Part shown: one piece after another, positions 55,401-64,000 of the stretch
Numbering within the stretch: position 1 is the stretch's first letter
How the letters are laid out: the number at the start of each line of letters is the position of its first letter
Source of the DNA: Macrostomum lignano
Taxonomy: Eukaryota
Assembly: GCA_002269645.1 (NCBI GenBank)
Contig: NIVC01003668.1
Coordinates: forward strand, 1-64,000
DNA length: 64,000 nucleotides
Direction of reading: 5' to 3'
The notes under the pieces: generated by a model
Database searches by the model: none
Seen by the model: only the letters and a program-made list of their open reading frames with translations
What the model was told of the DNA's origin: nothing
Program-made: the position numbers and the translations under genes

Positions 55401-57070
55401 GAGGTTGGCTGCGATGATGCGCTGGAGCACAGTCGCAGATTATCCAGCTGTTCCTCAAAAGTCACTGAGTGCACCACGATGTCGTCCATGTAGCCAAGCG
55501 CAGTCTTTGGCGTCAGGCCGTCCAGGAGCTTATTGATGCAACGCTGAAAGCTGCCGGGACTATCGTGGAGACCCATCGGTAGAACATTAAAACAGAATTG
55601 GCCGCGGTCGATTACTGAGAATGCCGTCAAGTGCTGGTCGCAGTCGCGCAGCGGGATCTGCCAGAATCCTTGAGCAAGGTCCAAGCTAGAATACCACTGA
55701 GCACCACGAAGCTTCGCGAAGGTTTCCTGGATGTGCGGGAGTGGATACGGGTGATACACACACCTGTCGTTGAGAGCTCTGAAGTCGTGGACTAGTCGGA
55801 TGTTGCCGTCCTTCTTGGGCACGATGAGCATTGGCGAGTTGTAGCTCGAGTAGGCAGGGCGAACGATATGCTTCGCCAGCATCTCGTCTAGCAGGGCGTC
55901 GAGCTTGTCCTTCAGATGAGGCGGAATTCGGCGCGGTGGTAGCGCGACTGGTGTCCGGTCCTTCAAGATGATCTCGTGGGTCACCAGGTGAGTCAGGCCG
56001 GCGTCTAGCGAGTGCTTGGAGAAGGCCGCTTGACATTCGACTAGTAGATCTCTCACTCTTCGATGTTGTTCTTTGGACAATTCGCTGTTGATCTCGACTT
56101 CATCTAGCCATGCTGTGCTGGATTCTTCAGAGTTCTTCGGGAGGTGTCGCACTTCAGGTTCGGGCGTCTCGCTCAGGTACATCAGGTCGGCAGTTCGGAG
56201 TGGCGTCGCAACACCCACACGGATACCGGCTTGCAGGAACACCTCGCTGTCGGCGGTGTTGACGACCTCAATGTAGCCGCGACCTTCAGGCATCGTCATC
56301 AGAGCAGGCGCTGCTTCCAGAGCGTTGCAGCTGGGATGCAGCCTCGACTTAACCAGCTCGACAATTGATGGCGATCCTCGATTCTCAGGGTGGCCGTCAT
56401 CCAATCTGACGGGAAGCAGCGCTGAACTTCTAGGCGGCAGGGTGCACTTCTCGGAGGTGTACACTCGGCAGGTTTGAAGCTCACGATGCGAATAACGAAC
56501 AGGGATACACGTGCCATTGTTGAACGTTAGCATTCCTTGAGCGAAGTCCAAGTTCTGGCAGTGCTCTCGCATAAACGATACGCCAAGAAAATTTTCACAA
56601 TCGGAGACCGTGACGAGGAATTCGGTGTCCGCGACGACATCACCGAACTCCACCGGAATGGTCACCTTACAAGCAAGTGGGAGCTGCGTCCCATCATACA
56701 TAGTTACGCAATCGGGAATAGCATGCGATATAATACAACGAGGCATCCGACGTCTAATAGCGGCCCAGGTTGACGAACCAAGAAAGTTTTTCCGGCTGCC
56801 GCTGTCAAGCAAGAAAGGGACCTCTCGACTCGCAACTCGACCTGTGACGTACGGATCGGCCTCACGCGCATGGATTTTTTGATTCGGGGAGGTGTCCACG
56901 AAACCTCCGCACTCCGCGTCACTTACTGACGAGCGACTGTCGGACTGGGCATTGGCGCCTGCACAGCCGACATCCTCTTCTTCTGGTGACCTCTCGGAGT
57001 CTGCCAAGTAGCCTGGGCTTGGACCTCGCGGAGGGCGGTGCCGTTGTCGCTCTCCGCCTGGCCGTTTCCC
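52413..57070 (-). CDS. Pol of copy A (PR-RT-RH-insert-IN), frameshifted at ~55434
   Basis: FLLDSGS protease; LDLAQGFWQ and YMDD RT; LDTDASD RNase H; HSSPLCGH..C..C zinc motif; D-D-E residues CDVVGP, TDQGTNF, GQVENLNK. One C is missing relative to copy B (AGTCGCAG vs AGTCCGCAG). Confidence 0.93.
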
Positions 57071-58097
57071 TGGTTCTGGCGCGTCGGGCACTGGGTGTTG
57101 CGATGACCGGGCTGTCCGCAGCTATAGCAGATTATAGCTCTCTTTGGCGGGCTGGCTACCTGCTGTTGGTCACGCTGCACCAGGTGATCCAGCATTCGCT
57201 GCTGCTTCTCAATCAAGTCGGTTAGAGTCGGTAAGGCTTGGGCGGTGACGTCGGGTTTCGGGTCGCCGTCCTCCTCCCCGTCCAACATCCTAACCGGGGG
57301 TTGAGCAGATCGGTGCGCCAATTCTTTGGCGCCTTCTAGTCGTCGTAGCTCTCGAATCGCAGCAAGAAGATTGTTCGGGCGAACCCAGTACAGCCGTTCG
57401 CGCAGATCTGGAGTCGTCCGGATACCAGCAAGAAATTAATCAGTAATCTCCTTCTCGCGGTCTTCAGGATGCATTCGAGGATATGCACGTTCACCCAGAG
57501 TTCTCAGGGCGTCAGCGAACTCTTCTGCTGACTCATTCTTGCCTTGTTGACGACGTCGCAACAGTTCTCGATACTCATCAGCACCACCATGACGGGCAAA
57601 TCGCTCAATCAGACGTTGCTTGACCTCCCGTAGCTGGCGAAACGCGGAAGATTCATACCAAGCAAGGCTGGATACGCAGTAGCCAAATCGAGACTCGCGA
57701 TGAGGTGTTGTTTCATCTCGAACGGGTCGACGATGCGCTCCATCTCGCAACGCTGCTCGAACGCGGCAAGCCAGACATGAATGTCCTGACTTGGAGTAAA
57801 CTTTACAATTTTAACTTGTTTACTCACAGGCCGCTCCATCTGCTGCTGCAGAGCTGCCATCATGGTCCTCACGTCCTGGTGCGTGATGTTCCGGCCGATG
57901 TTGTCCAGGCCTTGCAGAAGCTCGTCTGGCGGGTCGTCGGACACGTCGCTTCTCGCACCTTGCCTCGGCGTTGGCTGCTGACCAAAGTCGTTGATCGCTG
58001 CTGCTGCTGCGGCGGCTTCTGCTGCCGCAGGCCTCGAACTGCTGATGTGCTGATCCAGCCGGCTGCTGCACCGGCTCTCGTCTCGCTCGTTGAACAT
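56923..58097 (-). pseudogene. gag of copy A, disrupted
   Basis: Capsid-like DIHVWLAAFE..RRQQGKNESAEEFADALRTL..AYP and knuckle CYSCGQPGHRNTQC. 1-bp frameshift at 57627-57629 and in-frame TAA at 57436-57438 (ITD*FLAGI). Confidence 0.85.
57064..57070 (-). promoter_or_regulatory. -1 ribosomal frameshift slippery site G GGA AAC between gag and pol
   Basis: Canonical X XXY YYZ heptamer in the gag frame (CAG GGA AAC), just after the zinc knuckle, with pol open in the -1 frame. Confidence 0.75.
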
Positions 58098-58189
58098 GTT
58101 GAACTCGTCGTAGTCGCTGGCCGATGTCGTTCTCGAAAGAGCGGTTGGCTTGGGTGTGTCGTAGTCGGATCTCACCGCTGCGTCACCAG

Positions 58190-59185
58190 TGAAGTACAAT
58201 GGGGTTTCTTCCCGGTTTCGGCCCTTGCGGATTACCTTCAGACTCGGGCCTCTTCAGTGGGAAGTTCTCTCAACTTTCTCAGTAGCGTAGGTAGTGCTGC
58301 CACCAGTTCCTTCAGGTCTCGGCCTTCGGTGAGGTGAGCTTCCCGTCGGAACGAAATAATGAAGTCAACGAACACAGCACGACGTGCAGATTTGCAGCTC
58401 ACGTATAAGGCGTCTCGTCAGCAGCACCTGCCGGGCTTGGATGGTACAGGGAGGGCGGAGTTAGCCTCTCGTAAACTTGGGTTGGTTTTGGTCAGGTCTC
58501 AGTCGGAGCAATAGGAACAGAATCAATGTGCGCAAAGATTCGGACACTCGGGACTCAGTCACACGCGGACGTAGAACTCGAGGTTGAACAGAAGGAAGAC
58601 TCCTTGACGGAAACAAGGGGGAGAGGGCTCCTATTTATAGCCGGGAAATTCCCACGCTCCAGACCTCGTGACTTGTTCTATTTTTAGAACTGACGTCACT
58701 CGAGAGTCTCAGGCAGGGTTCAAGCGCGCGGAAGACCTCGTGACTTGTTCTATTTTTAGAACTGACGTCACTTGAGGGTCCCCGGCAGAGTACACATGGC
58801 TGTGACTCAGTTGCTATTTTTAGCAACATGAGTCACTCCTCTCCTTAGAAAAGGGAGGGGTCCGAAAGCATGTGACTCACCCGGTAAACAGGGCCAACGA
58901 GTGCAGTAAACATGTTTACTGCACTTTAAGACTCAAAGAACGCAAGAGCTGTCATGTGACTTGCTCACAAGACAGGGAAAACAGGACGGGAGCGAAACAG
59001 AGACAGCCCACAGTCGAGAGACTGAGGGCTGAGAACGGAAACGCAGCAGGGCGGAAAGGACACGGGGGCAACAGGCAAGCGAAAGGAGGGCGGGAAGCTG
59101 ACCAGCGGCAGACAGCAACCCAAAGGGAGGGCGAGGGAACGGCTGACAAGGGTGACGCCTAGCCATAAACTAGCGGCTCACTACA
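58190..59185 (-). repeat. Shared central LTR (5' LTR of copy A and 3' LTR of copy B)
   Basis: Followed on minus by the PBS (58188 downward) and preceded on minus by the PPT (59186-59197). Confidence 0.96.
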
Positions 59186-59829
59186 CTCTCCCCGTTCAAA
59201 TAAAGAGGCGGAGTGAAGGCGGAGCGCGCCTTTATTTAAAAAGGTAAACTGCAGAAAATAAAATTTTGATTGGCAAAAAGGTGGTAACTTTGGCAGAATA
59301 GCAGAGAAGGGGCTGGGTTAGGCCCATGATTGAAACCCTAAACGCGTGTGCGGGGGCGCCTGCCCGCTTGAAGTCAGCGCCTAAATACCGGGTTGCACAA
59401 ATAACTGCAGCGCCCGTAAAAAGGATGGCAAATACCGGTAATGGGACAAAAGAAGCCACAGTGGGCTATAAAAGCGCGGCTGGGCGGGGCCGTAGCTCGT
59501 ACTACCGCCCCATACGGTATTAATGGAGTCACACCAAAGCATGAAGGGGGGCGCCAGCCCCATGATACGCAAGAGGCGCCTAAATATGGGGGATGCGGGG
59601 GTTCATGCAGAGCCCCGGGGGAAAAAGGCAAAAGACTGGCCACAAGGGCACAAATGGTTGATGCCGAAAATGAGCACAAAGGACAAATGCCGCTCATATA
59701 CGAAGAGGGGAAGTAAACGGCGCGACTGCGCAAAAATTCGCACGTGCAGCGCAGGGCTGCTGAGGGCGCTAGCAAAAGGGCGCGACGAAAATTGGAGTCA
59801 CCTGGGGTTTGTCAGTCCAGGGTTTAAAG

Positions 59830-60675
59830 TTACTCTTGCCGGTCACAGTGGCGCACGAGATCCGGGACCTCCGGCGTCCGACCCGCCATCTGGGCCGCAA
59901 TTAGCCGGGCGACGACGCGGGCCGTCTCGGGATGCGGCGGACGTCTGAGCGTCGGTGCTGCGAGCTGGGCGGCCTCGTCCATTAGTCGCTGCCGATCCTC
60001 ATCCGTAAGGGCGCGGAGACAGGCCCATCGCGGCCAGTCCGCGAGGGTTGGCAGTCGGTTCAATTGGGCGGCAGCAGTCAGCTGTTGGGCGATAAAATAC
60101 ACCGCCTCAATATAGCGGTTAACGGCAGCTTGAACAGCTGGCGAAAGGCCCGGTGGCGACGATCCGTTGTCCTCGGACTCATTGTCTGATGAGTCTGGGT
60201 CGCGTGGCTCCGGCGAGTTGGGCGGTGCCGGAGGGACTGCGTTGTTTGTAGGCAGGGCCTGTCGCAGCTCGGTGGTTAGCTCCTGCAGGGTGGTCGCCTC
60301 CGAATTGTTGCCGTCAGTCTGGCAGGCGGCCTCTACTCTGCCTGGGGCCACGGGGTTCTCCGGCTCGGGAACAGTTGGCAGCCAGACTTGGTCGTCGCGG
60401 GGCGGTGAAGCCGGTTCCAGTCGGAGCTCTGGCCCCGCTATTCTGCAAAGAAAAACTGAGTTGGGGGCGGGCTGCGCCGACGGTTTGCTGGCGTCATCCG
60501 ACGACTCTGGCCGGGCGTCCCGAGTTTCGATCTTAGTCGATGTTGGCGTCGGCTGCCGGGGCGCGAGCTGTTGTCGAAGCTCCGCTAGGCCTTCGGCGAC
60601 GACTTCGGCGGCCGACCCACCGGCCGGTCGGTACTTAGTAGTCGGGCTTAGCCCCGGGGAGTCCGGCTCCGTCAA
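59830..60675 (-). CDS. Extra ORF (ORF3) of copy B
   Basis: Same 281-aa ORF as 51566-52411, with one M/T difference. Confidence 0.55.
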   Translation of the reverse strand: MTEPDSPGLSPTTKYRPAGGSAAEVVAEGLAELRQQLAPRQPTPTSTKIETRDARPESSDDASKPSAQPAPNSVFLCRIAGPELRLEPASPPRDDQVWLPTVPEPENPVAPGRVEAACQTDGNNSEATTLQELTTELRQALPTNNAVPPAPPNSPEPRDPDSSDNESEDNGSSPPGLSPAVQAAVNRYIEAVYFIAQQLTAAAQLNRLPTLADWPRWACLRALTDEDRQRLMDEAAQLAAPTLRRPPHPETARVVARLIAAQMAGRTPEVPDLVRHCDRQE

Positions 60676-60676
60676 G

Positions 60677-63600
60677 TCAATGAAGACGGGCGTCGGCGGT
60701 CGGGGACGCTGGCGTCTCGCCCTTGGGCTCGACGACTTCGTATAAGGCTTTGCGAGGTCGATGAAATTTCGCCGCTTCGTCCGGTTTGAGCACCGGGTTG
60801 TTGAGGAAGACCAGATCGCCGGGTTGGAGCTTCTTGGCGGCGGGCAGGTTCGAGTAGTGCTCGTCTCGCAGTTGTTGGTGCAGGTGCAGGCGCTCCTTGG
60901 CCAGCTCAGTCGCCTCGTCCAGGCGACACTGGAAGTCTTTGACGTAGTCGGGCAGATCGGCGTACTCAGGCAGCTTCTTCAGCGCGTTGTCGATCGGGAG
61001 TCGGAAGTCACGGCCGAACACCAGGTAGTGAGGCGTGAAACCTGTCACCGGGTGGACGCTGGAGCGGAGAGCCATCAGGCAGGCTGGGAGGTAGGTATCC
61101 CAGTCGTTGTGGTTGCGCTCAAGCAGACAGGTGAGGACCTTCTTCAGTTGTTTGTTCAGATTCTCGACTTGTCCATTGGAAGCTGGGTTGTATGGTGTTG
61201 TTGTCGTATGCCGAATGCCAAACAGGTCGCAGAACTTCTTGAAGGCCGAACCGGTGAAGTTGGTGCCTTGGTCGGTGTGGATCCAGCATGGTACACCGAA
61301 CTCGGGGATGAAGCGCTCCTGCAGAAGCTTGATGACTGTTTTGGCTTTCTGGTTTCTCATCGGGTAGGCGAATGGATACTTCGACGTCGCATCGCACAAG
61401 GTCAGGATGTAGCGGTTGCCGCTCTTGCTCTTCTGCGCGATTGGTCCTACTACATCACAGTGTATTCTACCCAGAACTTCGCAAACTGGAAAGCTCTGGA
61501 CCGGAACTCTCTCTCGCCGTCGCGATTTACTTTCAAGGCAGGTGCGGCACTTACTGATGAAGGTCTTGGTAGTACGGGCTAATCCGGGTCTCCAGAACCG
61601 TTCTCGTAGCCGCAGTAACGTCTTCGTCTCGCCGAGGTGTCCACACAGTGGGGAACTGTGGAGCTCCTGGAGCACCTGGGCGTCAAGGGCCTCAGGCAGA
61701 ACAACCTTGGGCGGCTGCTGTCCATCAGTCAGATCAATCAGCAGCAGGCCGTTGTCCTCCTGCAGGTTCTCGTAGTATCCGAGCAGATTCCGCTGCTCCT
61801 TAGTCAGTCGCAACCGGGCGTCGAACTCAGGCTTCGGGGCTTCGTTCTCGACCAGGTTGAGCACGTAGCTGATGGCTCGGTCAGCGCGTTGGGCGTCAAC
61901 GAACTGTTGGCGAGTCATCGGCAGCTTCAGAAAATCAGTGAGCACAGCGCGGCATGGCTGAGGGGTCATGACTCCCGCAGTCTCCGCTTTAATGGCTCCA
62001 GGTCGATCACACGGCACCGTCTTGTCGGCGTCAGGATTAGGTCGCTCCGAGGGACTTTGTCTCACAACGTCGGCGTACGTCCGTTGATCTAGAATCGAAG
62101 TTCTCTTCATCGCTCTCATGACAGAAAAATCCGCAGATGGAGCAGCGCGCATGCCTCCACTGCATAGCCCAGGCGACTCTTGGCTGTAGGGCGGGACGCA
62201 ACACGTGAAGCACGCCTCGTCGCTGGCAGCCGTAGCCGTCGGCTCAATCGTAGTCAAAATTGGGTGAGTCTTCTCCAGCACTGGGCGGTGTCGCAAAGGG
62301 GGACTCGACTTTCCGCACAGGCGATGAGCAGCTGTCTGTCGGCCCGGGGGACAGAGCTTCGACCTTGCAGCTGGCGCGAGATTCTGGCCTCTGTCAACAC
62401 GGCGAGAAATCTCAGCGAAAGGCTCAGTAGGGTTGTAGTTAAATTGCTTGCCTGGAGTTGCATTGCGGGCCGTCATCAGAAGGGCTGCTGGTGCGGTGGC
62501 CTTTGAATCTTGGTCCGTGGGCGTCTCCAGAGTCCGAGACCTGTAGTCTTGGGCGTCGTCAAGGAGGTCTGTGTCCACAGTGGCCTCAAGGTCTTCGTCC
62601 AGGTTGGTCTCCAAATTGCAGCGGGCGGCATGGGCATCGCGGCAGAGGGCTGTTGTCGCAGTGGCCTCTGGGTTGTCGTCCAGGCCGATCTCCAGGCGTT
62701 GACTGCAGCGGTGGGCGTCGTGCTGGAAGGCTGCTGGCGCGGTGGCTTCCAGGTCTTCGTCCAGGTCAGTCTTGGCCTCCAAGCAGCGAGATTGGACTGT
62801 CTTCTGGAGGGCTGCTCTGGCAGTGGCCTCGGGTGTCGGGTCCAAATCCGGTTCCAGGTCGTGGTCGTCACCGGGTCGGGCGGTAGAACCAGGTTGCTCT
62901 AGCAGTCGGCCATGCTCGAAGAAGATCGGCGGGCCCTCCGGTCTTCTTGACAGGGCATCAGCATTGGCGTGGTCCTTGCCTTTGCGGTGGTTGAGCTGGA
63001 AGCGGAACTCGCTTAGGCGCTCGATCCAGCGGCCTAAAATACCTGTGGCCTGAGTTTGGTTCAGTAACCACAGTAAGGCCCGATGATCGGATCGAACTTC
63101 AAACTTCTTGCCGATTAAGTAATGACGGAAATGTCGCATAGCGTCCACAATTGCAAGCAGCTCTTTCTTCGTGACCGTGTAGCGCTTCTCAGGATCGCGA
63201 AGTTTACGGCTAAAGAATGCAATTGGACGTTCGACGCCGTCTGATTGCAGTTGTCCAAGACAAGCGCCTATTCGAATATCAGAGGCATCCGTGTCGAGGA
63301 CAAACTTCACAGCAGGATCAGAATTAAATTCAGGCAGAGCGAGAACTTCAGTAGAACACAATTTCTTCTTCAAAGTGTCGAACGCGTGCTGATGCTCGGG
63401 AGTCCAATGCTGCCGCAGGCTGCCGATGTCCTTTCGCGTCAGGGCATGCAGCGGCGCAGCCACTCCAGCGTAGCCGTCGACAAACTTGTGGTAGTAATTG
63501 GCGAGGCCTAGGAATTGTCTCAGTTGAGTAACGGACTGTGGCACGGGCCAATCACGGATCTGCGCAATCTTGTCCTCACAGGTCTTCAGGCCGTCGGGAG

Positions 63601-64000
63601 TCACGACGTGACCTAAATAATGCAGCTCCTTGAGGAACAAATGACACTTCTTCGGTTTCACTTTGAGGTTGGCTGCGATGATGCGCTGGAGCACAGTCCG
63701 CAGATTATCCAGCTGTTCCTCAAAAGTCACTGAGTGCACCACGATGTCGTCCATGTAGCCAAGCGCAGTCTTTGGCGTCAGGCCGTCCAGGAGCTTGTTA
63801 ATGCAACGCTGAAAGCTGCCGGGACTATCGTGGAGACCCATCGGTAGAACATTAAAACAGAATTGGCCGCGGTCGATTACTGAGAATGCCGTCAAGTGCT
63901 GGTCGCAGTCGCGCAGCGGGATCTGCCAGAATCCTTGAGCAAGGTCCAAGCTAGAATACCACTGAGCACCACGAAGCTTCGCGAAGGTTTCCTGGATGTG
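60677..64000 (-). CDS. Pol of copy B (RT-RH-insert-IN), uninterrupted in the window
   Basis: Continuous ORF of 1090+ aa through YMDD, RNase H and DDE integrase. Confidence 0.95.
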   Translation of the reverse strand, partial: HIQETFAKLRGAQWYSSLDLAQGFWQIPLRDCDQHLTAFSVIDRGQFCFNVLPMGLHDSPGSFQRCINKLLDGLTPKTALGYMDDIVVHSVTFEEQLDNLRTVLQRIIAANLKVKPKKCHLFLKELHYLGHVVTPDGLKTCEDKIAQIRDWPVPQSVTQLRQFLGLANYYHKFVDGYAGVAAPLHALTRKDIGSLRQHWTPEHQHAFDTLKKKLCSTEVLALPEFNSDPAVKFVLDTDASDIRIGACLGQLQSDGVERPIAFFSRKLRDPEKRYTVTKKELLAIVDAMRHFRHYLIGKKFEVRSDHRALLWLLNQTQATGILGRWIERLSEFRFQLNHRKGKDHANADALSRRPEGPPIFFEHGRLLEQPGSTARPGDDHDLEPDLDPTPEATARAALQKTVQSRCLEAKTDLDEDLEATAPAAFQHDAHRCSQRLEIGLDDNPEATATTALCRDAHAARCNLETNLDEDLEATVDTDLLDDAQDYRSRTLETPTDQDSKATAPAALLMTARNATPGKQFNYNPTEPFAEISRRVDRGQNLAPAARSKLCPPGRQTAAHRLCGKSSPPLRHRPVLEKTHPILTTIEPTATAASDEACFTCCVPPYSQESPGLCSGGMRAAPSADFSVMRAMKRTSILDQRTYADVVRQSPSERPNPDADKTVPCDRPGAIKAETAGVMTPQPCRAVLTDFLKLPMTRQQFVDAQRADRAISYVLNLVENEAPKPEFDARLRLTKEQRNLLGYYENLQEDNGLLLIDLTDGQQPPKVVLPEALDAQVLQELHSSPLCGHLGETKTLLRLRERFWRPGLARTTKTFISKCRTCLESKSRRRERVPVQSFPVCEVLGRIHCDVVGPIAQKSKSGNRYILTLCDATSKYPFAYPMRNQKAKTVIKLLQERFIPEFGVPCWIHTDQGTNFTGSAFKKFCDLFGIRHTTTTPYNPASNGQVENLNKQLKKVLTCLLERNHNDWDTYLPACLMALRSSVHPVTGFTPHYLVFGRDFRLPIDNALKKLPEYADLPDYVKDFQCRLDEATELAKERLHLHQQLRDEHYSNLPAAKKLQPGDLVFLNNPVLKPDEAAKFHRPRKALYEVVEPKGETPASPTADARLH

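Larger units (their letters stand above)
49926..59185 (-). mobile_element. Ty3/Gypsy LTR retrotransposon copy A (9260 bp), apparently defective
   Basis: 996-bp LTRs at 49926-50921 and 58190-59185 (TGTAGTG...TACTTCA on minus). PBS TGGTGACGCAGCGGTGAGAT (58169-58188, imperfect tRNA-Leu-like). PPT GAACGGGGAGAG (50922-50933). Order gag-PR-RT-RH-IN-ORF3. Confidence 0.96.
58190..64000 (-). mobile_element. Ty3/Gypsy copy B (partial; continues past the window end)
   Basis: Near-identical to 49926-55735, differing by scattered substitutions and one indel. Confidence 0.96.

Overview
Eukaryotic (animal) genomic DNA. The gene style and minisatellite-packed introns suggest a free-living flatworm such as Macrostomum; this is inference, not shown by the sequence. 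I reconstructed four intron-containing host genes by hand from GT-AG junctions with frame continuity: a MATE/SLC47 transporter (minus, ~1062-7408), FKBP15/WAFL (plus, 8552-31555, 16 exons), a secreted CAP-EGF-ShKT protein (plus, 33563-37237) and NADPH-cytochrome P450 reductase (minus, 38797-43132). Twenty of the 22 introns longer than ~300 bp contain tandem arrays. Mobile DNA: a young, compact Mag-like Ty3/Gypsy element (21168-25490) inside FKBP15 intron 9; a solo LTR (44663-45648); several MITEs; and a head-to-tail tandem of a second Ty3/Gypsy element sharing one central LTR (49926 to beyond 64000, minus). That element has a ~330-aa repeat-containing insert between RNase H and integrase, an extra non-env ORF after pol, and an LTR dense in AP-1/CRE/MEF2/Forkhead motifs. 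Most long ORFs in the supplied track are artefacts of tandem repeats or antisense shadows of real genes.
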